64,000 bases of DNA, from positions 81,532,001 to 81,596,000 of the forward strand of contig CM052817.1 in assembly GCA_028534125.1 (NCBI GenBank), in the 5' to 3' direction. The position numbers and the translations under genes were made by a program. The stretch comes from Lama glama. Its lineage: Eukaryota. The notes under the pieces are model-generated. The model made no database searches. It saw only the letters and a program-made list of their open reading frames with translations, and was not told the DNA's origin. Below are positions 24,153 through 37,105 of the stretch, piece after piece. Position 1 is the first letter of the stretch. Every line of letters starts with the position of its first letter.

Positions 24153-26082
24153 AATCCAATGCTGAGTGTGACTGCAGATTATCTGGTTATGTGACTTGTA
24201 CCTTAACTTCCCCTGTAGTCAACCGCATCATTATTATTAAAATAGATCAAATTGATATGTAACCTACAATTATCACTCATATTCATGATTACCAACTAAT
24301 CTGTGTAAGTTAATTTATTTTTTCTGATCTAGGGTTCTCTCAGCAGCAGATAGACAGGGACAGCCACAAATTGTGATATCTCTTTGGCAACACAGCATCC
24401 TTGAAAGGACAGCAGTTAAGTGCAGGAGAAACACAAGTGCAGTCCAAGAACATGCTAGGGCAGAAGCATCTCGAGTTTTCACTCTACTCCTGGCAGAGAG
24501 GATCAAGGTGAGTTCCAGGAGTGTGGCAAAGTCCAACATGTTTACTGAATATAATCAAAATAGGGGGCTATAGGCTGAAAATTAATCATTTGGAAGGCAG
24601 TGCTACTTTGCTGGACATCCAAGACTTATCTTTGGGGACCCACTGGAAGTAGGGGGAAAAGCTGGAGCTACTGGTAGTCAGGATTGGAACGAATGGTTGA
24701 GACATGAGGCCCCATTAGGTTAGCGGGAACAGGTTGGCCCTACCGCTAAGGGACCTGGCACCCAAGAGGGCCAAGAGGAAGGACTAGACACAGAGCCGTG
24801 CCCAGCCTAAGGAGGGTACAGACGAGCAGGCTGTGCAGGCAGTGAGGGTTTAGCCTTCTGGCATGAGTTAATGGAGAATTCTTTCCAAATCCCATCTACC
24901 TTGGGGGGAATGCCACACACGACACCACACCAAAATGGAGTCCTAGTGGGTTTGAGGTAAGACAGAGCAATTGGCATGCTTCTGGGTCATCTTTTTAAGT
25001 CAAAGGATGTGTTTAGAAAGGAGCAGAAACTGTTTCTCAGCAAAATGAGGTGGTTGGATGGAACAGACTTCAGGATCCTTCCATATGAGGATTAAATCCA
25101 CAAATCTCAAGCATAAATAAACTCTAAATTATGTTTTTTCTTATTGTGAACTTTGTAGAGTAAAATGCTTATCATCTGCTTTGCTTTGTTTTGAAAGTTA
25201 ATAAGATGTCACAACAAAAATCATTTAAAATAGCATAAAAACATTACAAAATAAACACGAATACTGTTTTAGAATAGTAATGCACTTTTAGTCAACTACT
25301 TCTCACACTGTTTGGAAGGTATAATGATCAAATAAACTTTGTGCCAGAGAAGGCGGAAATTGGTCTCTAATGTTTCTTGAGATAACAAAGTAAAAGGAGA
25401 AAATTATCTATAAATCATGATTGTTCTGGAGTCCAAAAACATTTTATTGATAGAATGATACCAGAAATCAAAACAATAAATTAGTCAGGAATAAAAATAA
25501 TTTATAATGTTTACATTTTTAATACTATATTGAATCTAACTCCAGGAACTGGGACACTGTATAATCAATTGCATGCATTAACTTCTTGCTTTTTTACTCC
25601 ACTGATTTTGGATTCACATTATTAACTCCCTGATGCTTCTCTCCCTAAAGCACAATGTGTTATCATGTAGAATTAATTTGTAAAGTACTTTCTGAACTTA
25701 CCAGTGTTTATTCACGTAGAAAAACTGAAGAAAAATAAATTATTATTGAATAGCTACTTTAAACTAGGTGGCAATTAAGATGGAGTATTATATGAATGCA
25801 TACATACATATATTTATATGTAAAGCAGCACTTAAAGATCCAAAAACTGCCAGTTGCTTTCTTTGGCTTTTCAGTTTTGCTTAATCTTTCCAGGTTTCCT
25901 CAAAACATATAAAATATTGCTGTAATAATGAAGGATTATCTTTTATCATTTTAAAAATATCATTTGATAGCAATGCCATGATTTATCATTTAGTTCATTT
26001 AGGTTGATGAGCTGAAAGATATTATGTACTTTCATTTCAGTATTAAGTTAACCTGTGTGTTAGAAGGAGCCTTAGTCAAGAG

Positions 26083-26646
26083 TTTTTTTGTTTATTTGTT
26101 TTTTTAATTGAAGTCTAGTCAGTTATGATGTGTCAATTTCCGGTGTACAGCACAATGTCCCAGTCATGCATATACATACATATGTTTGTTTTCATACTCT
26201 TTTTTATTAAAGGTTATTTCAAGATATTGAATATAGTTCCCTGTGCTATATAGAAGAAATTTGGTTTGTTTAGATCCATTTTTATATATAGTGACTAACA
26301 TTTGCTAATCTCAAACTCACAAATTATCCTTTCCCATCCCCTTTCCCCTGACAACAATGAGATAGTTATATATCCAGAGGGAACTCTAATTCGAAAACAT
26401 ACATGCACCCCAATGTTTACAGCATCACTATATACAATAGCCAAGACATGGAATCAACCTAAATGTACATCAACAGGTGACTGGATAAAGAAGTTGTGGT
26501 ATATTTATGCCATAAAAAAGAATAAAATAATGCCATTTACAGCAACATAGATGGATCTAGAGATCATCATTCTAAGTGAAGTAAGCCAGAAAGAGAAAGA
26601 AAAATACCATATGATATCACTCATATGTGGAATCAAAAAAAAAAAG
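26083..26646 (-). mobile_element. 5'-inverted, truncated L1 (twin-priming-like)
   Basis: T-rich tail and antisense 3'UTR at 26083-26367, then sense ORF2 C-terminus (YPEGTLIRKHTCTPMFTASLYTIAKTWNQPKC...) at 26368-26646. Confidence 0.85.
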
Positions 26647-26778
26647 AATTTAAAATTCAATTTTCTTGTATGTATAAATGCAGTACTTAGTGGACTAGAC
26701 ACTGCGATCTTTTCTTGAAAAAGAGCATATTGATAGCAATTTAATTCAAAATGAAGGAAGCTAATGCCACTAATGGGC

Positions 26779-26910
26779 ATTGAGTGCTGGGCTCTGTGCT
26801 GGGCACTGGGCTAAATGCCTCACATCTATTAACCCATTTAATCCTTATGACAATCTAGCAAACAAGTGTGTATATTCATCCCATTTTACAAATGAAATTC
26901 TTGGAGAGCA
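26779..26910 (-). mobile_element. MIR SINE
   Basis: ATTGAGTGCT...CATTTAATCCTTATGACAA...CCCATTTTACAAATGAAA. Confidence 0.75.
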
Positions 26911-27165
26911 AAAATCAGTCTCTGTGCGAGGTATCAGGGTTGGGGAATGTTTGTGTTCTGTTGCTCCAGCTACAGGACATGCACTTCTGAACCATTCACT
27001 TTTCTGTTCCTTCTAAGATAATGCATTAAAGGAAAAGAAAAGCACCTCATGTGAAAGAATTGATATTTAACTATGTTCTCATACATACTTGGGAATCTCC
27101 TCTCAGGAATTATATTAAAACATAGTATTTCCTTACCACTTTCCGTATCATATTTGCAGTCAGTT

Positions 27166-27223
27166 TATATTGTATTATATGTAACATATATACATATATT
27201 GTATTATATATAACATATATACA
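27166..27223. repeat. 29-bp AT-rich tandem duplication
   Basis: TATATTGTATTATAT(G/A)TAACATATATACA x2, one mismatch. Confidence 0.9.
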
Positions 27224-30200
27224 TATACATATGTATGTTGTAAGTATTATATACAGTTCGTGCATGAGATATAAGAAAATGCTGAGTTGGTCTATAAATA
27301 TATTTAAATTTTCTCTTGTGTATTTAAATTAAATAGACTTGAGGACAAATCATACATGGTGAATGGGTACTTGTCCTTTCCTGGATAAAGGAAAGATGAC
27401 TTTGAATACGAGTATAAGAAATTATGTGGGCCAGCTGGTCAAACTGCCAATGATATGGTTCTAACAGCCTTGTCTGCCAACAAACGATGACGTTTTGCCG
27501 GTTTCCCAGCGGAACTTCTTTCTCCTCTCCTGAGGTGAAGGTTGTTGCTGTTTCTCAGGAGGACACTCTGTGGCAGAGAAGCAGGTTCAATAATTCAGAG
27601 CAACTGCCTCAAACGTCGCAGGTTAAGACCTCTCTCAAAGGTCAAGAACTAATCAGAACAGCTGCTTAGTTACCCAGCGGAATAATACAGTTCCCCAGCC
27701 CAGTCTCTCCGTCTGTAAACACAGAGGTCTCCCACTCTTCGCTGCAACATTTTAAGGTGAATTGTAAAGAGTGCTCTTGTTTACCAAGCAGATGTTAGCG
27801 CATTAACGGTGTACTATTTACAGGCCCTCAGTGGATATCGAAGTTTGTGTTTGCAGACCTTGAACACTCGTTATCAACACAGCTGCCAGAGATGGTCTGG
27901 GAAATGTTTCAAACAGCGCTGAGCGCTGCTGCCAGGAGCCACCTTCTCAGCATGGGACTCAAGACCAGCGAGCTGTGGTCCCATGATGGCGCCCTATGTC
28001 GGGCACCGTATCTTTCTGTTTTTCCATATCCGAAGGAATACATCTTGTTCATTTTGTGAGTCATATGAGAAAAATCTCCATCCATCCAAGGTGAAATGAG
28101 GCGATCAATATGTATTGTCTTAACTGCCTACAGCAATGACTATTCAATATTTAATGGGTCTCAAGCTGTGTGGCATTGACTGCTCTGGCCAAGACCGTGG
28201 GCACCGTGGACGACCCGTGCTTGTGTTAAAGCATTCGATTTGTTCTACCAAGACAGAGACAATAACACAGACTAGAGAATAATGGGCCAGGGACATTTGG
28301 GGTGGAGGCAAAACAAAATCAGCAACCACCAGCTATAATAAATAAACAAGCTTGGTTTTCAGGGAGGAGGCATTTGCTTTTAATATTCAACGGGAATGCA
28401 GTAGAATTCACTTTGGTCCTTCCATGGGGCATACATCACATTATATATTAAGAAACAACTCTTGACATCTAACAAAAGCTAATATTGTACAATATTCAAA
28501 CACATGGTAAATTATTTCTGTTTTGAATGGACTCATTCAGCTGTGGTAAGATAAAAGGCATGATTTTATAGTTTTTGGATTTCTTTTTATTGTGGAGGTT
28601 AGTATGTCAGTTTTGTAGCAATTCAAGGGACACAAATGCTCTCACTGGTTTTGTTTTAGATTATAATCATACAATGATGTGGTAGTCTATTAATCATCCT
28701 TTCATTGTTGCCATCATTTAAAAATCTATGTTTGCCTATTATTTCTGTAAAAACAGTGACCACTGAGCATATTTATTCATTAGAATGATATTACCGAGGA
28801 GCCAAGAGAGGACTGAGGTTGAATAGATGTGATAGACTTGGATTCTCAAGCCACATCCCATTTACCATCGAGGCAAAGTAAAGAGTACATATCACAGGAT
28901 TTTCCCCTCTTTTATTTCCCTTTTGATTCTGTGTATCAAGTGAATTAATAGATTTGCAATACAATGGAAAGAAAAAAGAAGAAACACAAGTTCTCCAGCC
29001 ATCTTGGTCCCAGATAAGGAGCTAAACCTGAGAGATAGTAACTGGATTTCCCATTTTCCAGGAGCTCATTGCTGACCTGAGCCTGGGCTCCTCGTCCACA
29101 TCCTTATGCATATGTGTGAGCTTCCCTTTCTCTTTGACCTGGAGTTGTAAGAATTCTACTGTTCAGAATATCATGTTGGTGACCAGCATTCTTGGTTATT
29201 GTCAAAACTCCTCTTACGTTTTGACAATATACTTACTGTTCTAGAGTGTTTTCTTTCAAACATTGAAAATCAGTTCATGCCTCAAGAAATCCCAAGTATG
29301 TTTTCAGTGACCACAAAGGGCTGGGTTTCTATTTAGGTGGAACAGACAGCTGTTGAGCGGTACGATTTCAGAAGCCCTGATTCCTCCCCCTTCCTTGCCC
29401 CATTCCAAAATCTGCTTTCCACACCTGTTCACCAACTGAGGACATTCCTTAAAGAGGGAACAAAAGCTTTCGATTTATAATTAGAAATATGACTTAGGAA
29501 ACCCCTCTGCCAGAGAGTTCCAAGCACGGCAGCCCAGGTTACTTTATAGGGTGTCAAATTTCTCTTGGCTTTGGCTGCCACCCAGAACACTCAGAAAATC
29601 TTTCCACTGTGCTCCCCTCTGGACTCCCACCATTTTCTGTATGTGCAAGCATATGGCAGTGATGATATGTCTGTGTGAAGCTTTAGTAAAATAGACAAAA
29701 TTCAAATGCTGTTATGCATCTTTCAAATGGTAAGTTCCATTACATAGAGCCCCGCAGGATTTTTGCTCAGTGTTACTAACGTGCAGCTTCTTTAGGAAAA
29801 TCCTCTGTGAGTCACTAGCACAAACTCTGAGGTAGTGACCCTGGCACTAGCCTACTGCCAACATGACCTGCTCCTTTTTTTTTTCCATATCAGTAATGTT
29901 TAAATGTGATAGAGGCCCATTTTCAATTGCAAGAATTTAGGTATATTATCTGAAGGAAGTTCCACATCAGCTTTTAAAATGTTTCAGAAAATTGAAAAGG
30001 AAAAAAAAAACCTTATTTACCAGAATGTTTGGAAACCTGCAGTCACTCATAGCATTGAGCTGCAGTTTGCGTAGAATTTTACACTTTCTTGACTCTAGTC
30101 TCCTATGTGTCAGGAAATTAAATTCTTGAGAGTTTCAGTAAACACATGCCTTATCATCAGCACTAGTTTGACCAGTGCCCTGTTCACACAGCAGTTGTAC

Positions 30201-31646
30201 CCATCATTCCTGCATCACCTGGTCCATGTAGTTAAACAGTATTAGAAAATATTACTTTAACTATTGATCTAAACTTGTCAGCACATGTGGGAAACGTTTA
30301 TATTGTATCAGTGTGGCTAAGAATCCTTGTGTATATTTCACAAGAAATCTTTGATATTGTTTTACCAGATCTACGTGTGGGTTATAATTTTCCAGTAGCT
30401 CTAGTAATACATTTTATAACAGAAATTTCTAACTTGAGGCTATTTTACTTTCAACTTAACCATTGTATAGAAACCACTCTTTTGAGCCATTGTAGCACCC
30501 CACCCCTTCCAAGCTTAGAGCCCTTCTGCTTCCAACTACAGAAGTGAAATGGCACCTGCCCTATTGACACAAATTAGCTGAGACCTTAACACGAGCTGAT
30601 GTCATTTCCATGTCCTTCAAATAAGGAGAAATGTTTCCTTTCGTCCACAGAATTTTTATCAGTTTTCTTTGAGCTAACGAATATCCCCTCTTATGCTATA
30701 ATTTCCTCGTGAGACACTGAGTTTGAAAAGATAAGTTGATTCTCAGTGAGACGTGTTAATCATGATGGTTACCCATCCTAGGGGAAGAGATGTTTTCAAT
30801 AGTTCCTAGAATCTGTATACGTTGAAGTATGCTTTCATTTCTGACCATGGAGAAGGCAGCGTTGCAGTGAGTGTTCTGGTACCCAGTGTGGAAGGATAAT
30901 CACTCATTATTGTTATTGTTGTTTCTGTGAGGGAGCTTCCTTTGAGGGTTGCTGTCAGTTTTCATTTCCTGAAGGTAGAAATTCCATTTATTTTTGTTAC
31001 ACACACCCTTTCTTTTGGGAAAATTACTGGGCTGGGTCTGCTGTGTTCACAAAAGTAAAGCCAGTGGTCATCATAGTCATCTCTTGCTCTTAGAGAAAAC
31101 ATACAATAATTTACACATTTGAATGAAGATTTTAGAGACTGAAATTTTTAAGTGTTCAATTTAGTATCAGTAGAGTTTTAAAATCTACCAACCTATCTAT
31201 CAGTTAAGGTATTTTTTTCCTCTCCTAATAACTAAATTTTACTGGATTACTGGAGGTTCTACAGTGCTGTAAGATTTAATAAGTGGTGTATGATTTAATA
31301 AGCCAGATTTGGGGAAATAATCGTTCTTTTTATTCCTTTAGTAGGTTGTAGAGATCAGATCATCTCCTAGGGATTGGATAGGAAGAGGAAATTGGAAATG
31401 AGAGTATTCGCTGAAGGAAATAGATGTCTCTACTGTTTTTTTGTCTTGTTTTGGGTTTTTTTTTTTTTGGTAAAAACAAAAGAAACCTCATTTTAAATGG
31501 ATTCGGGAAGCGCTGAAGGGGGAGCTCTCACTCACATACCACTCTTGCAGCCCACATAACCAGCAGGAAGAAGGAAGATAAGAATGTTACTTTTCTTCTG
31601 ATGCAAGGAAACATTAATCACATGGGAATTTTGTCTCTTGCTCTTA

Positions 31647-31720
31647 AGAAAAAAGAAGAAAAAGGAGAAGGAGAAGAAAGAAGTAAGGAAGAGGGAGAAG
31701 GAGAGGGAGAAGGAGGAGAT
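31647..31720. repeat. GA-rich polypurine low-complexity tract
   Basis: Read directly; (CAAAA)n near 31942-31980 and (TTTA)n at 32007-32042 lie nearby. Confidence 0.8.
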
Positions 31721-32007
31721 TCCCTCCCTGCCAAGCAACAACACACTAACCTATGTTCACAGCCAAGGAAAACCTGCCACAACCTTGAACTCCTATTCTT
31801 CTCCAACAAACCTTTGTTGAAAACACCCCTCCCCAATTTCCTCTTAAAATCTAATGAAAGTAAGCCTCTCTCCTTGGTTCTCCAGATTTGCCTGTGATTC
31901 ACCGTGGCTTGCCTGACCTGAATACAATTCTCTGCTATTTGCAAAAACAAAACAAAAAACAAACAATAACAACAACAAAAACATTTTGTTGGCAAAAAAA
32001 TACTGAT

Positions 32008-32038
<31 letters not shown>

Positions 32039-32429
32039 TTTTGAGGTTGACATCTTCATTGAGATCACCTTAAACTATGGAGAAGGCAAGTTCTGCTTGT
32101 TTTGCAATTTAAGAGTAAGGTGTTGTTGGATTCCATTTTTAAGTGACCTAGAGATGCTTGGTGGCAGCCGTGAAGAACTAGGCAGGGATCTTGAGAATAA
32201 GTTGGGTTTCTGTGGGGCGTAGGAGTACCTTGTGATATTGATGGAAGTGACATATGAACTTTATTTCTGTCACCCTCTATACCACAGATATTCTGGAAAT
32301 ACAAGTTATGCACATAGTCTGCCCTCATCTTTGCTTCAAAGCTTTAAGGGCTACAACTCTGTCCACACTCGGAGTAAACATCAATGAAGAACTGAGTTTA
32401 GCAACAAGGACAACTCATTGTATCCTGTC

Positions 32430-32525
32430 AATACTCCTGTGAGGGAGGTGGTATTATCTCTGATTTACAGGTAGAGAAACAAAGGGAAAGAGAGATGAGA
32501 TAACCTCCTGTAGGTCACACAGATG
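32430..32525 (-). mobile_element. MIR SINE fragment
   Basis: CCTGTGAGGGAGGTGGTATTATCTCTGATTTACAGGTAGAGAAAC...AGGTCACACAG. Confidence 0.7.
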
Positions 32526-32560
32526 TGCTAAGCAATCTGGAGAGCTCATGAGTAGCAGTG

Positions 32561-32700
32561 TTTCATTGGTTCACTCTTCCCTTCATATATTGATTTTTGT
32601 GCTTTCTATGTGCCAATCACCATTGGAATTGCAGGGATATGACGATAAATAAGACAGAAAACAGCCTTGCTCTTCTGAAGCTTGTACTCTGTTGGGACAG
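32561..32700 (-). mobile_element. L2 3' end
   Basis: CTATGTGCCAATCAC...GGGATATGACGATAAATAAGACAGA...CCTTGCTCTTCTGAAGCTT. Confidence 0.7.
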
Positions 32701-34179
32701 TGGCAGTGGGAGAAAGGATCACCCACCTGGCAGAATTCATAGACTAGGGAAGAATTCCTCAAAGATATTAAGACATTTCTTGTGGAAGGATATGCAAGTC
32801 CAGAGTGGACTTGATGTGAGTCTGGGCATTAGGGCATTTTATTTTGAACACCAAGAAAATGAATGTAACTACAAGGAGAATCTGGCATCAGCTGCAAGGT
32901 GATGCTTCAGCTGCAGGAATCTTTAATATAGGTAAGGCATTCACTATATGTCACACTGAGATTATGTATAAATTCAGTTCCTCCCTAAGAACAGCTTTTT
33001 TTTGAGGAAAATGAATATAGGTAAAAGACCTAAAGTTTGGATGAGGGGACTAACAGCGGAGAGGAGAGGAGAGGCAATATATTCTTACATTCTGGGATAA
33101 TTGTTGTCATATAGAGACACTAAGTGATTTTAAATAAATTTTCCATTCCTTGTGTTTATGACATTGGATATTTTCTCTTCTTGAGCGCCTTATGTTTTTT
33201 CTTTCTGGTGAATGGTCATAAGAATCATTAGTGTCATGCAGTATATTATACTACATTTATTCTCACTGTAGTTTTCCCCTCTAAATCTTTAAATCCACAA
33301 ACATGCCAGTTTCTTTCTCTTTCCTCTCAATTGTTTTTTTTTCCCCATGAGATCTAGCTGGCTTAATTTCCTCACATTCACTTATCTATTTTATGATATG
33401 GACAAAGCCAGAGAAACTATATGAGAGAAAAACCCCAGAATCAATAGGGAAGTGATTTTTGTATTTGCTTGCTACTTGACAGCCTTAAATGGCCTTCACA
33501 CATGGTGAATACAATTTTTTTTTCAATCAGAACGATTGTGGAAAAAATGAATAGCATCAGGAAATGACTGGAATGGTCTAATTCACAGGAGGAATTTTTA
33601 ATGAATTCTCCAAGAATTTGATCCTCAGCTCTTCATTCTTTATATATTTCTTTGGAGTATGTAAGTTTATTCATATGGAAAATTGGAGCAGAAAGTTCTT
33701 TGAGCAGACTTTGCCAGGCTCAGTCAGGGGTAAAAATAATATATAGGCCCTTTCTAGGCTATGTTCATGTAACTTGCCCACTTCTCATTAAGGTGCAATT
33801 AAGTTAGTATTTCACCTTCTCTGACTCTTACGGATCCTTGGTGTTTTTTTCCCCCTTTATCATATTGTGGTTTGATTTCAAAAAGTGAGCATTTCTCTAT
33901 CAACCACAGACTCATAAACTCCATCAATGTTGAATTTATTTGTATCCACTCTCCTAAAAAAGATAGAAGAAAGAAAACAAAAAAATAAAAATTTCAGGTA
34001 TCTTTGATTAGAATAATAGAGGTTTTTATGTTGTGTTGAAAATTGTATCTCATGTAAGTATCTATATAGAGAGAATTTCAGAAAACTATAAAGGAAGTCT
34101 GTAGGCATTTCTGCTGATGATCATAGCTAAAAATAAATAAATAAATAAAAAATAAATCAGTAACTGTTCTCCTTATAGC

Positions 34180-34312
34180 GAATGGCCTATTTCATTGAAC
34201 ATGGCTGGAGTATTTTTTTAAAAATTTATATTCTGCAGTTATTGAGTGCCTTGTTCTATGTATGTTAAGTCCAGTTGATAATGGTGTTCAAATCTTCTAT
34301 ACCCTTACAGAC
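34180..34312 (-). mobile_element. old L1 ORF2 (endonuclease region) fragment
   Basis: TATTCTGCAGTTATTGAGTG...AGTTGATAATGGTGTTCAAATCTTCTATACCCTTAC. Confidence 0.6.
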
Positions 34313-36475
34313 GCTGGTGCAGGGGTTTTCTTTATTCATCTTGGCTTTTATTACTATTTCAAATCTCTTTAGAAAAATGAGATGGAATGCATGCTGCCTT
34401 ATCTTCAAACACATCCCTGTGGGCATATACTTCAAGAAACCTTTCCTTTTAGTCAATTCTGCTAATTTTCTTTGTCCTTCTACATCCTGAGGAATACATT
34501 TCTTAGAACACTTTTATGCAATCTATAAGCCAAGGATAGTCTTATCTCAAGGTATCAACTGTCTCTAGAGCGACATACCTCTGATGCCTTAGGGATTTTA
34601 CAAGATTTTGCCATACTCCTAATGGGAAAGTCTGATTCATTTTTCCTAATTAATGAAGAACTCCAGTGGTTCACCAGCTTTTTTCATTGTCATTGAAAGG
34701 AGAGAAATGAAAGGATAAGAATAAGTGAGAATCTACTTCTATTAGAATCTCCAAAGCCTGAAAACTCTAAATGTACTTATGAGATAATTGTACAAAAAAG
34801 AGAATTGAGTGGGGAAGATATTGGTTTCTTACTCAAATGCAAAATTATACATCTATACACAGTCAGCCATGTACAGGCATCATAATATGAGAATTCATTC
34901 ATCAAATAATTCCTATCAAGAGAACCTTGATATGACCTAGACTATATTATCATATTCTCTTTGAAAGGGAAAGAGGATGAGAATTATAGGTATTCAGGCT
35001 TTTGTCAGAAGGATTAAGGATAAGTGGTGATGAGAGCCATTAAAATGAGTAATGTTCACTTATCAAAAAAGACTATTTGCATTGGCTATTAAATGCTTTC
35101 AAGACAGACTTCTTATCTATCAAAACAATGCTGAAGAGAATCTGAGGAGTTTGAGAGTATGAAAGAATTTATTATGAGTCCTGTGAGAAAGTGAGAGTGA
35201 TATAAGAAAAAATATTTTTATTTGAGGAAGGAAAGAAAGAGTTTATAAAACATTACTTTGCTTTAATTAAGAAGATAAATTATGGTTATAGTATGTGTTG
35301 CAAATTTTTATTGTAATTCTTAAGATTTTTTAAAAAAAATTTCTTAGTAAAAAACTGACTTCAAAAATGTTATGTGTGTGATTGTTGTTGAATGATGGAA
35401 TTGTTGAAGAGTTTTGATCTGTCTATAAACTTTATACTGTGTTTTAGTAAAATGTAAATATTTTAAAATAACATATACTTTCTACATTATTAAAACATAA
35501 AGCTATTTATTTTTAGAGAAAACTGTGTATATAAACAAATAGGATAATGTATTGAAAGTATTTATTTATTTTATCTTTATTCATTAGACACTATGTTATT
35601 AATTGGGGAATATTTTTTATCTTCTCAAGTAAGGTTAGTAATTTAAGTAATTTAAGTAATGCATCAGAAATATTATTTTTATCTCCTTAACAATATGGGA
35701 GTATTTCCCTGGATTTTCACTAAATGAAAAAAAATCTAGGGGGGATGGCTATAGCCATATATAATATTTTTTGAGATTTTTGTATCTTTTTTTCTACTTT
35801 TTCAGTTTTATTAGGTAGAATTATTACAGTTTGATTGCACATACACATTATATTGCATGTAAATACATACACACAGTATACTGCACTTTTTTTTAGTTTA
35901 CAAATACATACTAATTATTGTTTCTAAGAATAGATTAGATCTTTAGCTTCTTAAACTCACATAGTTATCAAAGGAATAAAGCCAATATGTTTTTATCCCT
36001 ATATCTTTGCATTTAAATATCTGGCAGAATAACACTATGATAAGTAGATTTTTAGATATTTTTAGTTTCTTTCTTTTAACTTCTTTGCATTTTCTAATTC
36101 TTAAATAAAAATGTAATAAATTTATAGCAACATGCTTTAATTAGAAATCAAAGAATGATAAAAATCAAAAAGTGAAAAAAAGGGATCTCCTTTCTTATAG
36201 CTTTTGATGTATAAAATGACAGGGAATGATTTAATAGGGAAGCACTGGAATATCTTGGAAAGGATCTGTGATTCTTCTACTGTGATTAGGAAGTGGGTAC
36301 TGCTAGCTGCATAATCAATATCTATTCTTTTCCTTTTTCACAAATGGGATCAGATTTTTTTTCAAGGCGTTAGGGTGTCTTGTTGAAAACTCTATTTTCC
36401 ATCCTCCCTTCCACGTGGCACAGCATTAGCAAGTGCGATGTATACTGTGGAGGTCTGGGATAGTTTTTCTTTTCT

Positions 36476-36632
36476 TTTCTTTTCTTTTTAAGTATTTTAT
36501 TTTTATAGTTTTCTGTGGGGGAGGTAACTAGGTTTCCTCATTGATTTCTGCTTGGAGGAGGTAGCGGGGATTGAACCCAGGACCTCTTGCGTGCTGAGCA
36601 TGCGCTCTACCACTTGAGTGATACCCTTTCCC
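36476..36632 (-). mobile_element. camelid Vic-1-like SINE with 16-bp TSD
   Basis: GGGGATTGAACCCAGGACCTC...GCATGCGCTCTACCACTTGAG; TSD ATAGTTTTTCTTTTCT at 36460-36475 and 36633-36648. Confidence 0.93.
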
Positions 36633-36822
36633 ATAGTTTTTCTTTTCTCATCTCTTCTGTCTTTTCCTCCTCATTGCTTATTCTTGTTGCTTAGAATGTG
36701 AATGTAATACTTGGAGGATTAATAGTCGTCTTGCAGCCATTAGAAGAGGCACACATAAGAAGATAAAAGCAAAACGATAAAGGGGATATTGTTTTTTAAA
36801 ATATCTTTTAATAGCTGGGTCT

Positions 36823-37105
36823 CTGCATGGAGCCAAGGACCCACACCTGGAGGCGCACGTCCCAGAGGCTCCACCAAAACCTGGAACACGGCCCTCCTCA
36901 TGCCCCTCATTTGTTTTTCCTGTATCATTATATACCTTGCATAATTTTAGAGCACAGTGAATTTTATTTTCTTCATATGTCCCTTAATAATGGTATCTTT
37001 TCATTAAAACGTTTTTGTAAGCATCGTTTAAATTGCTGCATAACTCTTCAAATAAATGCACCATAATTTGTTAATTAAATAAATAATTTGTTAATTAAAA
37101 AAAAA
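36823..37105 (+). other. poly(A)-tailed orphan insertion (possible 5'-truncated retrocopy or orphan transduction)
   Basis: 3'UTR-like sequence, AATAAA at 37051 and A-tail to 37105 inside the LTR; possible TSD AGCTGGGTCT/AGCTAAGTCT; left boundary uncertain. Confidence 0.5.

Noticed and set aside
24320..24960. GC-richer block, possibly an ancient LTR
   Set aside because: Could not assign termini or family by eye
29197..29229. Perfect 12-bp inverted repeat TATTGTCAAAAC/GTTTTGACAATA
   Set aside because: Real but short and isolated, with no functional context
31532..31995. Overlapping E/K/G-rich and S/F-rich ORFs
   Set aside because: Artefacts of the GA-rich low-complexity tract
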